A program made the translations under genes and the position numbers. A stretch of DNA of 64,000 nucleotides, taken from the NCBI GenBank assembly GCA_041649615.1, contig JBAZMT010000001.1, positions 26,981-90,980 on the forward strand, written 5' to 3'. Within the stretch, counting starts at the first letter, position 1, and every line of letters begins with the position of its first letter. This stretch comes from Parcubacteria group bacterium. GTDB taxonomy: Bacteria; Patescibacteriota; Minisyncoccia; UBA6257; Colwellbacteraceae. The notes below the pieces were generated by a model. It worked only from the letters and a program-made list of their open reading frames with translations. It was not told the origin of the DNA and made no database searches. Positions 11,307 through 21,305 of the stretch are shown here, one piece after another.

Positions 11307-11450
11307 TTTTTTTGTTTTTTGGGGCAAAAAAGCCCTTTTACTTCAGGTAATAATAAACTCCTAAAGGCAGAAAAAATCAATAAATTCTCTTGACAAAAAA
11401 CTATAAATATGATACGGTGGGGGTGTAATCTGATAAAAATGGCGTAAGCT

Positions 11451-11483
11451 AAAAAAAACACCGTATTTCTGCGGTGTTTTTTT
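11451..11483. terminator. bidirectional terminator
   Basis: A-tract, CACCG-tatttctg-CGGTG, T-tract. Confidence 0.7.
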
Positions 11484-11493
11484 TATTTTTTAA

Positions 11494-12087
11494 TTATTGG
11501 CACTTAAATTGCGCGCGGCAATCTGTTTTCATTTCCTCAACGGGATACAAGTCGCAGATGGCGCATTGGTCCGATGTGGCCTGAATTTCGCCACTTCCGT
11601 CCATAAACGTTTGGAACGTTATGTTTGACGGCAATTCAAAGACGGAATAATCGTCTATCGTTTCTTTACAATTCATATTGAATCCTCGGACGAAATCAAT
11701 ATTTATGTTGCGTGAATCACTGAAAGATTGGTCGCTCATATCTCCCACATATATTTTCACTCCGTTATTACTGCCGGTTTCCCACGTATAAGCATATCCG
11801 TCTTTAATGAGACTATGATTGCTTAAGGTTTCTCCGTCGGAGGAGATAGTTTGATCCTGTCTTATTTTTCCTTCCGTTACGTATATTTTGTAATCTATCT
11901 CGCTTCCCGACGTATTATCTAAAACCGTGCAGGTTACCGACTTATTGGATGCGATAAGCTCGTTAAGCGATTCCGTTATGGTCATTTCGCTTCCGCCATC
12001 CGCGGAGTTCTTAATGTAGATGTATACTCCCGCTCCTGCGGCGATTATCGCAATGACAATGCCTATTATTATGAATATTTTGCTCAT
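11494..12087 (-). CDS. membrane-anchored hypothetical protein
   Basis: N-terminal TM helix, C-terminal CxxC...C...C. Confidence 0.75.
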   Translation of the reverse strand: MSKIFIIIGIVIAIIAAGAGVYIYIKNSADGGSEMTITESLNELIASNKSVTCTVLDNTSGSEIDYKIYVTEGKIRQDQTISSDGETLSNHSLIKDGYAYTWETGSNNGVKIYVGDMSDQSFSDSRNINIDFVRGFNMNCKETIDDYSVFELPSNITFQTFMDGSGEIQATSDQCAICDLYPVEEMKTDCRAQFKCQ

Positions 12088-12126
12088 GCCTTTATTTTAC
12101 GACAAGCGCTTGACCTGTGTCACTCG

Positions 12127-12603
12127 TCAGTTACTAATTATCTTTAGTTCTTTAAGCCATTCGCACCAAACGGGTTCAATTCCGGGATTCTGTTCCCAAT
12201 CCTCTCGGCTTATTTGCCCTTTGAGATATTTTTCGGTTTTTAACGCCAATAAATTCAGTTCGTCTTTATCGTAAAAACCGACTTGTTTCGTTTCTTCTTC
12301 GCTGGCTTTGATTTCTCCGTTTGTATTTACTTCATAAATTTTCCAATAATGCCAATTTCCGTCTTCGCGGCGGCAATGATTTTCTTTCCGTCCTTCCGTA
12401 AGAAGTTTAATATCGTTGCCAATCAAGCCGACTTCTTCTTGCAATTCACGTTTGGCGGCCGATTCAAAGTCGTCTCCGTCTCCATCCACGTGCCCGGCAG
12501 GAGGAGCGAAACCGAAAGGAAATCTTTTTCTTTCAATTAAAAGCAGCCGATCATTTTTCCAAACCAACATGCCAACGCTTTTATGATCGCATCTATCGGG
12601 CAT
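12127..12603 (-). CDS. NUDIX hydrolase
   Basis: Nudix box GHVDGDGDDFESAAKRELQEEVG. Confidence 0.9.
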   Translation of the reverse strand: MPDRCDHKSVGMLVWKNDRLLLIERKRFPFGFAPPAGHVDGDGDDFESAAKRELQEEVGLIGNDIKLLTEGRKENHCRREDGNWHYWKIYEVNTNGEIKASEEETKQVGFYDKDELNLLALKTEKYLKGQISREDWEQNPGIEPVWCEWLKELKIISN

Positions 12604-12604
12604 A

Positions 12605-12991
12605 TTATTGCAGTTTTTTGGCTAATTCTTCCGGAGAAGAAATTATTTCTCTGAATAAGACGTGCCGGCACAATTCATCATCTTTTGCCAAAGCGTATAA
12701 CGGCTTTCCGGAGGCTACCGCGTAGCCAATCTCCAGAGTTGTGCTGTTGCCGGAGTATCCGTCCTTATTGTAGACAAAAACGGCATCGGCCATTTTAATT
12801 TTATAGAAATGATCATGGGTCAATCCCAGAGCGATGAATTTTTGATAATCTTCCGACAGCCTTTCCCATTCTTCCTGCCCGGAATGGAGATACGGTTCAT
12901 ATACGACTACGCCCAATTCTTTAAGTTTTTTTGCAAATTCCCTTATTTCCGGTTTAAAACGGCGACTGCCGCACATTACGATTGATTTCAT
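12605..12991 (-). CDS. nucleoside 2-deoxyribosyltransferase-like protein
   Basis: IVMCGS...IKMADAVFV...GNSTTLEIGYAVASGKP resembles the NDT/Rcl catalytic Glu motif. Confidence 0.65.
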   Translation of the reverse strand: MKSIVMCGSRRFKPEIREFAKKLKELGVVVYEPYLHSGQEEWERLSEDYQKFIALGLTHDHFYKIKMADAVFVYNKDGYSGNSTTLEIGYAVASGKPLYALAKDDELCRHVLFREIISSPEELAKKLQ

Positions 12992-13061
12992 ACGGCTATT
13001 CTAAATCATTCACGATCTTTTAAAAAACGAACCGGGGTTTTGGTTTTTGGAGCAGGGGATA

Positions 13062-15773
13062 TTAAGCCTCGTCGGCTTTAGGCAAAAGAAGCAATTTATT
13101 GGAGAGAAACTTCATTTTTAGCATATCAATGAGGACGATTTCGCATACGTTCACGGCAAGGATTATTATCCACTCTTTTGGCGAAAGAGCGACGGTTGAA
13201 AGTAATTTTTGAAGGACGGGAATGTAGATTGATCCAAGAACCATAAGAAAGCTGATTATAACGGCGCCAGTGAGCCAGCGGTTATTAAATAAACTTTTTC
13301 GCCAAATATTCCTATTGAATGAGCGCAAGGAGAACGCGAGAAGGAAGGATTCAAGGCACATGAGGACCATAACCATTGTTCTGGTTTTTTCCAAGTCTCC
13401 GGTTATGGACAAAGCAGTCAAATACAACGCCGTTGCAACGATACCACTCAAAAAGAAAGAGGTTATCATCCATAGCAATATAGGTTTGTTCACGACCGAT
13501 TCTCCCGGTTTTCTCGGGGGTTCCTGCATAATTCCGTCACGTTCTTCTTCTATAGTGAGCGCTATATCCGGAAGACCGCTTTCTACGAGATTTACGAAAA
13601 GAAGTTGCGCGGCGATCAAAGGAAGTGGAAGACCGAACGCGATAGAGAACAGAAATATGAAGAATTGGGAAAAATCTTGAGTGATAAGATACAAAAATAC
13701 TCTGCGGATGTTGTTAAAAATGATTCTGCCTTCTTCAATGGCTTTTACGATTGTGTTGAATCCGCTGTCCATAAGCACGATGTCGGCCACTTCGCGAGCC
13801 GCATCTATTTCGGGATTTACCGCAACGCCGATATTTGCCGCTTTTAGCGCGGGAGCATCATTAACGCCATCGCCAAACATTGCCACGGTTTCGCCAAGCT
13901 CTTGAAACGCTTGGACGATTCGCAACTTATGGCGCGGCGAAACTCTCGCGTACAATAACGTATTCTTGGTAGCTGCCTTGAGATCGGCATCGCTCATTTC
14001 TTCAATTTGGTGCCCAAGAAGGACTTGATCCTTGGTTATCGGAAGCCCGATTTTTTCGACAACCGCAAGGGCGGTCATATAGTGATCTCCTGTTACGATT
14101 ACCGTTCTAATTCCCGCATCACGCGTTTTCTCAAACGCACGCGGCACTTCTTTTCTGACGGGGTCATTTAGGGCGATGAGTCCGATGAGACTTAGACCTT
14201 TAATTTCCGAGCTCACATTATCGTTTTTTTTCCAGGAAGAAATTTCTTTTTCTACGCAGGCGACAAGGCGAAAACCTTGCTTGGCATACGTTTCTATCTG
14301 TTCTATGACTTCTTTATACGCTTTGCTTCTTTTTTTCTCATATCCTTCAGAGGTTTTAATAAAGGAAATGTGTTCAAGCATTTGCTCCGGCGCTCCGACA
14401 GCGTAAAGAAAGACATGACCCGACTGATCTTGTCTGACCGAAGCCGAATATTTGCGTTCGGAAGAAAAAAAGAGGGTATCAAGCACGACGCGCTCCTGAT
14501 CAAGAATGTCTTTTTTTAAGCCGTATTTGAATCCGGCGCGCAGAAAAGCTTGTTCAATTGATCTGCCGCGGATTACGAGCTTTTCATAAGGATCGTCAGG
14601 GTTTTCAATGAACGCGTCGCTTGAAAGCAGCGAAGCTTCAAGAGTCTGCCTGGCTAGCACGGGTAATTGAGAATTATTGCCGTTTGTTTCCGTGATTCCC
14701 TCGGCCGTGATAATGCTACTTACCGCCGTAGTTCCAAGCGTGAGAGTACCGGTTTTATCGGTGCAAATGACTGTAACCCCGCCCAGGGTTTCCATTGCCG
14801 CAAGCCTCCGGACCAACGCTTTTTGTTTAATGATGCGTCTCATGCCGAAAGTGAGAACGATAGTGATTGCGGGCAGGAGCCCTTCGGGAATAGAGGAGAC
14901 GAAAAGAGCCAGCGCTATCGCGAATATTTCCGCAAACGACCGGCCGGCAATATAACCCTCAATGACGATCAAAAGTATGACTAGGGAGATAAAAAGACCG
15001 ACTATTTTTAAAAGACCGCCAACCGTTTTTTGCAGGGGAGTCGGCTCTTCAGGAGTTTCCCTAAGCAGTGAAACAATATCTCCGTATTCCGTGCGCAATC
15101 CGGTTTCTACCACCACAATTTTTGCCGATCCTTCTTCAACGAGAGTGCCCATGAAAACCATAGACGTTCTTTCGCCGATTTCGGTAACTTCCAAAGATTG
15201 ATTAAGCTGTTTTTCAACGGATTTCGCTTCGCCAGTGAGATTTGATTCGTCAATTCTCAAACCGTTTAATTCAAAGATCCGGCCGTCCGCCGGAACTTTA
15301 TCTCCCACCCGGAGTATGACCACGTCTCCCGGAACGAGTTCGGATGCCAAAACTTCTTGTTCTCTTCCTCCGCGCAGAACTCGGGTCTCTTGTTTTATGA
15401 GTCCTTTAAGGGCATTAAGCGATTTGTTGGCTTTATATTCTTGGTAAAATCCGACCGAAGCATTGCTTAGCGTTACGATGATTATGAAAATAGTGTTGGA
15501 AACGTTGCCGATAAAATAGGAAATGAACGTGGCCAAAATCATCAAATACATGAGCGGGCTGCGGAATTGGTTTACAAAAAGTTTCCAAGGCGGTTCACCT
15601 TCGTTTTGCGGCAATTCATTTAAACCAAAAGATTGCAGTCTCTTTGCCGCTTCAACGTTTGATAATCCTTCCGGAGAACTCTTTATTTCCTGCCATACCT
15701 CTTCAAGAGAAAGAGCGAACCACTTCTTCTTTTCGGTTGAAGCACGCGGGCGTAAAATTTTTTTAAAATTCAT
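13062..15773 (-). CDS. cation-transporting P2-type ATPase (Ca2+-like)
   Basis: GLSNVEAAKRL, PEGL, DKTGTLT, TGD, GDGVNDAPAL. Confidence 0.92.
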   Translation of the reverse strand: MNFKKILRPRASTEKKKWFALSLEEVWQEIKSSPEGLSNVEAAKRLQSFGLNELPQNEGEPPWKLFVNQFRSPLMYLMILATFISYFIGNVSNTIFIIIVTLSNASVGFYQEYKANKSLNALKGLIKQETRVLRGGREQEVLASELVPGDVVILRVGDKVPADGRIFELNGLRIDESNLTGEAKSVEKQLNQSLEVTEIGERTSMVFMGTLVEEGSAKIVVVETGLRTEYGDIVSLLRETPEEPTPLQKTVGGLLKIVGLFISLVILLIVIEGYIAGRSFAEIFAIALALFVSSIPEGLLPAITIVLTFGMRRIIKQKALVRRLAAMETLGGVTVICTDKTGTLTLGTTAVSSIITAEGITETNGNNSQLPVLARQTLEASLLSSDAFIENPDDPYEKLVIRGRSIEQAFLRAGFKYGLKKDILDQERVVLDTLFFSSERKYSASVRQDQSGHVFLYAVGAPEQMLEHISFIKTSEGYEKKRSKAYKEVIEQIETYAKQGFRLVACVEKEISSWKKNDNVSSEIKGLSLIGLIALNDPVRKEVPRAFEKTRDAGIRTVIVTGDHYMTALAVVEKIGLPITKDQVLLGHQIEEMSDADLKAATKNTLLYARVSPRHKLRIVQAFQELGETVAMFGDGVNDAPALKAANIGVAVNPEIDAAREVADIVLMDSGFNTIVKAIEEGRIIFNNIRRVFLYLITQDFSQFFIFLFSIAFGLPLPLIAAQLLFVNLVESGLPDIALTIEEERDGIMQEPPRKPGESVVNKPILLWMITSFFLSGIVATALYLTALSITGDLEKTRTMVMVLMCLESFLLAFSLRSFNRNIWRKSLFNNRWLTGAVIISFLMVLGSIYIPVLQKLLSTVALSPKEWIIILAVNVCEIVLIDMLKMKFLSNKLLLLPKADEA

Positions 15774-15899
15774 ATCAAAATTGTCTTAATTTTATCTTTT
15801 TTTGCCTTTTTAAAGAAATCAAACGGAAAATTTGGCGCCAAACGAACAGAAAAATGGCATAATAGATATAGGTTGGCAAATAATTGTAAAATAAAGCAA

Positions 15900-18800
15900 A
15901 TGCACCATAAATCTAGAAAACTGCGTTCCGTGTTTTTGATTGCCGGGGTTGTTGCGTTACTTACGGGTACGGCGTATGCCGCGAACGTTGCTCGCGACAT
16001 GCTTGTTTACCGCGGCACCATTACATCGGTTCCGGTCTATAGGACTCATGACGGATCGACTTTCTCAAGTGAAAGCTCCGCTTTGTCCGTCAGCGTCGCC
16101 ATTAACAACATAAAAGTCGTTTCGAAACCGGGAACGGGCGCCGTTGAAAAAGTAATGTGCGCGACCAACACCTCTAACGACGTGTATTGCCAAGTTTACA
16201 ATGGAGCTTCTTGGGGAAATTCCATTACGCTTTCAACCGCCACCGGAGGACAAAGAGCTTTCGATCTGGCCTACGAGAGCGTTTCCGGTCGTGCCGTGGC
16301 TTGTTATCGCAGTCCGTTGAATACCCAGATGCCGTATTGCGCGATTTGGGATGGGTCAAGTTGGGGGACGCCTTTTACCGCAACGGCGACAGGTTCGGCT
16401 CTTACGACAATGCGATTGATTTCCGATCCGAACTCAAATTATATCGCGCTCATTACCCGCAACGGCGGGAACGACCTCAATACGCAAATTTGGAACGGAT
16501 CTTCTTTCAGCGCGATTCAATCCTTGACGGCGAACGGCTCGAATTGCGCAGGGTGTTTGTCCTATGCTGGCGCGTGGGAGGGAAGTTCCGGAGATTTTGT
16601 AGCCGGATGGTTTGATAACACTACGGGTAATTTACAAAGCAAAGAGTTCAATAAAACATCGGGTTGGGTAGCGACAATTAACAATGTAATTACTTCTGTA
16701 TCGACCGCCAATGTGTGGATTGAAATGGCTTCGCGACCTTTTGCGAACGATATTCTCGTGGCGGTTTTGGACGGTAGTAGCGTATTAAGAGCCAATCATT
16801 GGTCGGGCTCTAACTGGGATACAACAGGAACGACGGCAATAACACTCGCTTCGCCGATTTCGGGCACGGTTTCGTCCACAAACCATTTATTCGACATCGC
16901 TTACGAGCAAAGGGCGGATTACGACGCAGTCGTCGCTTACGGCTCGACCGCGAGCAGTTTGCAATACCGCGTTTGGGATACCGGCACGAATACTTGGGGG
17001 ACCGCCGCAACTCTGCCGACGGCTTCGCAGAACGCGACGTGGCTGCAACTGGCATCGGATCCAAAATTGGCAAATATCATGTTGACGCTGCTTGGTTCTA
17101 CGAACATCGGCACTCTTGAATGGAACGGGAACGCCTGGGATCCTTCGTGGACGGCGCAAAGCACCGCGAGCAACGATAACCGCTGGAATGCCTGGTTCGC
17201 CTACGATAAAGAGGACGAGAACGATCATGCGCCGTCTATCGTCATAAATAGTGCCGCAGAGAAAACGAACGGATCGGGACTCGTCGATATTTCCGTTAGC
17301 GTGAGTGACGTCGGTTTGGATAACGCAAAACTAAAAGTGGAATACGGTGCGTGCGATGGAACTTGGCAAAACGCCGCGATTACAAGCTTAGTTTCAGCGA
17401 CCTATGGAACTCCGGACATCAGCGGCGGCGATTATCAAATAGGCACGAATACTCCGATTGTCACAAATCCAGCTATCACGGGCTCTAGCGCGAACACACT
17501 CACATTTTTATGGGATTCAAAAACGGATCTGGCAAACGGAAACGCAACGTATTGTTTAAGATTCACCGGACATGACGGTGTAAGCGCCACGGAAATTCCG
17601 CCGACGACAACGTTGATGATAGATAACGTGAGGCCAGCAGTCCCTACAGATTTTCAGGGAGTCGGCACAACTTCGTCTATACAGCACTTAAACTGGACGT
17701 CCGCGTCAGATACGAATTTTAACCATTATGAATTTTGGTACGGCACAGACCAAACAAAAGTTGAAGATCAGATAAGTTCTCCGGGCGAAGCCGTGGAGTT
17801 CGGCCCGGCTGATTTTCCAACCCTAAATAATGCGGCGACTTATCACGCCCATATTATGGAGCTTGACCCGCTAACGACATATCACTTTGCGTTGTGGGCG
17901 GTTGACGATTTTGGAAATGAAACAATGGCGATGCTCAAGTCAGGTTTGGACGCTCCAAATGATTCGGGCGACTCGCTTACTTATACGACTCTTGAAACGG
18001 ATTTTAACGCCACTCCGATTTCGGCTGTTCCAACGGATATGGAACAAGTGGAAAATGACACGCGATATGTAACTTTTAGCGCGAGGATTTACGACATAGA
18101 TTTGGATGATGTTTTGATGCGCGTGCGATTTGCGACGGATGCAGACGGTTTTGCGACTTTTAATAATGCCAATATTGTTTCAGCCGAAGTCATAAATCCC
18201 GTAACGGACCCCGAAGGTCCTTGGGATGACGATAACATTGCCATAGATAATACGTTTGATTTTCAGGTTGGAAAAGGAAATCCCATAAGCCTCAATGAGT
18301 TTACGCCTCACGAAGATCTTGACGGAAACTCCGAAGGCGCCGTTCTTCTGATAATTTGGGACACAAAAGCCAGTGAACTTAATGGTTTTGCCGGAGACGT
18401 AAAAATTCAAGTAACGCCAATGGATATAAACGGTCAGATCGGTTCAGTTTACACAAGCGCCGAATTTGAAATAGACGATAAATATCCCACTTTGACCGAG
18501 ATTATTCCCGTACCGCAATATACGAACGACGCAACGCCAAGTTACACTTTTAATTCGAACGATGTTGCGACCCTTGAGTACGATGGATCTTGCAATAGTT
18601 CAACGACGTCAATATCGGCGGGAAATAAGACAATAACTCTTTCCGTTCCGGGCGAGGGAACGTATGACGACTGCACTATCACGGCCACGGACGATAATTA
18701 TAATTCGGATCCCGTTTTATCGGTTCTACATATCACTCCGTTTGTCGTTGATACGACTTTGCCGACAGGGTTAGCGAGTCTTGCGGCCGGAACTTCAACA

Positions 18801-19520
18801 ACCACAACCCAACAATTAACCTGGAATTCCGCAACAGACGCGAATTTTGATCACTATGAGATATGGTACGGAACGAATCAGCCTGATGTGGAGAATCGTG
18901 CAGGTTCGGCAAAAAAATGGAGCGTCACGAATGATGTGACGCTTGGTATTGCGGTAACCACCGAAACAACGATTAGCGGATTAACCTCTGGAACCACTTA
19001 TTCCTATAAAATATGGGCGGCTGATATTGCGGGAAACGAAGCGACGATTTCCGGCATTTTTAAAGCCACGAGTTCTTCTGGCGGAGGAAACAATAACGGA
19101 GGGAGTGGGAAAGGAAGTTCCTATATTCCACCACCGCCCTTACCTATAGAACAAGCAAGTCTCGGAGAGCTTATAAATCAGGTAAGGATTCTTATCGGGC
19201 AATATGTCGCCGCCGGCGGCACGCTTACGCCGGGTATGGTCGCTTTTCTTGAAACAAGCAATATTTTGGCGCCATCATCGTTGCCGGTGAGGGATCTCCA
19301 ATTCGGAATGATCGGCGAGGACGTGCGTACTTTGCAGAGAATTTTGATTGATCTGGGATATGCCATACCATCCGGCGCAACCAGCCGGTTCCTATGGGAA
19401 ACGCAAGCAGCTCTTTCCGCCTATCAGCGCGACCATAAAATTTCTCCGGCAGTGGGAATGTTCGGCCCGGTCACAAGAGCCTATATGAAAGAAGCTGGCG
19501 TCCCCGGGATTTGGTGGTGA
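15900..19520 (+). CDS. large secreted surface protein with FN3/Ig-like domains and C-terminal peptidoglycan-binding domain
   Basis: Signal peptide ending TAYA, W[DN]G[ST][SN]W repeats, two FN3-like units (xxFxHYExWYGTxQ), C-terminal G.DVRTLQRIL...YQRDHKI...GMFGPVTR. Confidence 0.8.
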   Translation: MHHKSRKLRSVFLIAGVVALLTGTAYAANVARDMLVYRGTITSVPVYRTHDGSTFSSESSALSVSVAINNIKVVSKPGTGAVEKVMCATNTSNDVYCQVYNGASWGNSITLSTATGGQRAFDLAYESVSGRAVACYRSPLNTQMPYCAIWDGSSWGTPFTATATGSALTTMRLISDPNSNYIALITRNGGNDLNTQIWNGSSFSAIQSLTANGSNCAGCLSYAGAWEGSSGDFVAGWFDNTTGNLQSKEFNKTSGWVATINNVITSVSTANVWIEMASRPFANDILVAVLDGSSVLRANHWSGSNWDTTGTTAITLASPISGTVSSTNHLFDIAYEQRADYDAVVAYGSTASSLQYRVWDTGTNTWGTAATLPTASQNATWLQLASDPKLANIMLTLLGSTNIGTLEWNGNAWDPSWTAQSTASNDNRWNAWFAYDKEDENDHAPSIVINSAAEKTNGSGLVDISVSVSDVGLDNAKLKVEYGACDGTWQNAAITSLVSATYGTPDISGGDYQIGTNTPIVTNPAITGSSANTLTFLWDSKTDLANGNATYCLRFTGHDGVSATEIPPTTTLMIDNVRPAVPTDFQGVGTTSSIQHLNWTSASDTNFNHYEFWYGTDQTKVEDQISSPGEAVEFGPADFPTLNNAATYHAHIMELDPLTTYHFALWAVDDFGNETMAMLKSGLDAPNDSGDSLTYTTLETDFNATPISAVPTDMEQVENDTRYVTFSARIYDIDLDDVLMRVRFATDADGFATFNNANIVSAEVINPVTDPEGPWDDDNIAIDNTFDFQVGKGNPISLNEFTPHEDLDGNSEGAVLLIIWDTKASELNGFAGDVKIQVTPMDINGQIGSVYTSAEFEIDDKYPTLTEIIPVPQYTNDATPSYTFNSNDVATLEYDGSCNSSTTSISAGNKTITLSVPGEGTYDDCTITATDDNYNSDPVLSVLHITPFVVDTTLPTGLASLAAGTSTTTTQQLTWNSATDANFDHYEIWYGTNQPDVENRAGSAKKWSVTNDVTLGIAVTTETTISGLTSGTTYSYKIWAADIAGNEATISGIFKATSSSGGGNNNGGSGKGSSYIPPPPLPIEQASLGELINQVRILIGQYVAAGGTLTPGMVAFLETSNILAPSSLPVRDLQFGMIGEDVRTLQRILIDLGYAIPSGATSRFLWETQAALSAYQRDHKISPAVGMFGPVTRAYMKEAGVPGIWW

Positions 19521-19542
19521 ATGGTAGAATTGTAATAATACT

Positions 19543-19713
19543 TTGTTTCAACTTCCTCCCAACTTTATATGGGATATCGTAAAAATGATGGGCTGGTTTT
19601 TTATCAAACTTTGGTATGTTTGGGTGATAGTGATAGGGATTAATTTATTTTATTGGTGGTTTGATAGATGGATTAGTAAAAAGAAAAGGGAATTAAGAAA
19701 AAAACGGAGATAA
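19543..19713 (+). CDS. small Trp-rich single-TM protein (not in ORF track)
   Basis: TTG-started 56-aa ORF ...WFFIKLWYVWVIVIGINLFYWWFDRWISKKKRELRKKRR, with TGnTAGAAT upstream. Confidence 0.45.
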   Translation: MFQLPPNFIWDIVKMMGWFFIKLWYVWVIVIGINLFYWWFDRWISKKKRELRKKRR

Positions 19714-19784
19714 ATCGCTTTTTTCTTAATATTGGCTAGAACCAATCAGAACAAGACCGTTAATTATAAGCGATAAAAAATGTA

Positions 19785-20168
19785 TCAGGCTTTAATCTCT
19801 CTTATTTCTAATTGCGATTTACCTTCCTTTTTGGGTTGCTGGAAATTTATTAGAAGACCAATTTTTATTTTTAGAGTTTTCATATAATTTTTTATTTGTT
19901 GTTCCTCAGAGGGACCTAAATTTCCACTGATAGCTTTTAACTCAATTATTATTTTATTTTCGCCGGAGTTTACTATTATGTCGGGATATCCTTCACCTAC
20001 ATAATGATCTTTATATTTTATTTCTACTACCTTCTGACTCTCATATTTTGTTTTTGCTAAGCGAAGACTTACTTGCATAGCCCTATCATAAACCTTTTCG
20101 TCAAATCCAGAACCAAGCGATTGATAAACTTCTTTTGCTATTTGTTTGATTTTTGCGATATTTATCAT
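19785..20168 (-). CDS. GxxExxY protein (PD-(D/E)XK-like)
   Basis: GSGFDEKVY, PDIIV...IIIELKA, GLLINF. Confidence 0.88.
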   Translation of the reverse strand: MINIAKIKQIAKEVYQSLGSGFDEKVYDRAMQVSLRLAKTKYESQKVVEIKYKDHYVGEGYPDIIVNSGENKIIIELKAISGNLGPSEEQQIKNYMKTLKIKIGLLINFQQPKKEGKSQLEIREIKA

Positions 20169-20229
20169 TTTCGATGTATCTTAATCTTTAACCCTTTTTG
20201 TTTTGTTTCGATACAGTGTTGACTTGGTG

Positions 20230-20300
20230 CTGCCGGGCAGGGATTCGGACCCCGATACCATGCTCCAGAGGCATGTGTCCTACCATTAGACGACCCGGCA
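20230..20300 (-). tRNA. tRNA-Gln(CTG)
   Basis: Cloverleaf TGCCGGG...CATGC-CT-CTG-GA-GCATG...CCCGGCA-G; T-loop TCCGAAT. Confidence 0.9.
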
Positions 20301-20343
20301 ATATCTTAATTTAACCCCGATATAATATAATTAAAGCACTAAA

Positions 20344-20928
20344 ATGGCAAAGGAAATTATTGCGAAATCTTTGGAGATTACAGCTGATCTGGACGGCATA
20401 AGTCTTAAGGCTTTAACGGAGCATTATAAACTTTACGAAGGATATGTGAAGAAAGTTAGCGAAATTCGCGAGAGATTGAAAACAGCCGACAGAACGACAG
20501 CGAATGCGACATACAGCGAGATAGGGGAATTGGGAAGGCAAGAGACATTCGCCTTGAATGGAGTGAAATTGCATGAGATTTATTTTGGAATCTTAGGAGG
20601 TGACGGAAAAATAAAAGGAAAAATAGCGGATATGATTACTCGGGATTACGGATCAGTTGAGAATTGGACTGCTATTATGTCTGCGGCGGGGCTTTCGGCG
20701 AGAGGATGGGTAATAACCGCTTATGACATCAACGAAGAAAGACTCCGGATTTTCAATGCTGACGCGCATAACGTTGGCATCGTTGCAGGAATTATTCCTT
20801 TAATAACGCTTGACGTTTACGAACACGCTTACTTTATGGATTACGGAACGAATCGCAAAGGATACATTGAAGCGTTTTTCAAGAATTTGAGTTGGGACGC
20901 AATAGATTCGCTCGCGAAAAATATATAG
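20344..20928 (+). CDS. Fe/Mn superoxide dismutase family protein
   Basis: HYKLYEGYV, LHEIYF, DVYEHAYFMDY. Confidence 0.9.
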   Translation: MAKEIIAKSLEITADLDGISLKALTEHYKLYEGYVKKVSEIRERLKTADRTTANATYSEIGELGRQETFALNGVKLHEIYFGILGGDGKIKGKIADMITRDYGSVENWTAIMSAAGLSARGWVITAYDINEERLRIFNADAHNVGIVAGIIPLITLDVYEHAYFMDYGTNRKGYIEAFFKNLSWDAIDSLAKNI

Positions 20929-20939
20929 CAAACAAAAAA

Positions 20940-21275
20940 ATGAAAACCCCTATTTTAAAAAACGCCATAGTCAATGCTTCTCTTGCCGCCGCATATATCG
21001 TAGCGGTATCTTTCGTAATGTTTAATAGCTCTAAATTTTTTGGAGGTTTCGAGAATACTATCTTTGTTCCCATTCTTATGCTTTGTTTGTTGGTGTTCTC
21101 CGTAGCGTTAATGGGGGCGCTCATCTTCGGCCGGCCGGTTATGTGGTATATAGATGGCAAGAAGAAAGAGGCTGTGTCTTTGCTTTTATGCACGCTTGGA
21201 GTGTTTTTTTTGTTTATTATCGTTATATTTGTGGTTTTGTCTGTCGTTCAGCCGAATCTGCCTTTTCATTTGTAA
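20940..21275 (+). CDS. hypothetical membrane protein
   Basis: 3 TM helices; ATG at 20940. Confidence 0.7.
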   Translation: MKTPILKNAIVNASLAAAYIVAVSFVMFNSSKFFGGFENTIFVPILMLCLLVFSVALMGALIFGRPVMWYIDGKKKEAVSLLLCTLGVFFLFIIVIFVVLSVVQPNLPFHL

Positions 21276-21305
21276 TCAAATTGAATTTCCCGATTGATTT
21301 GAATC

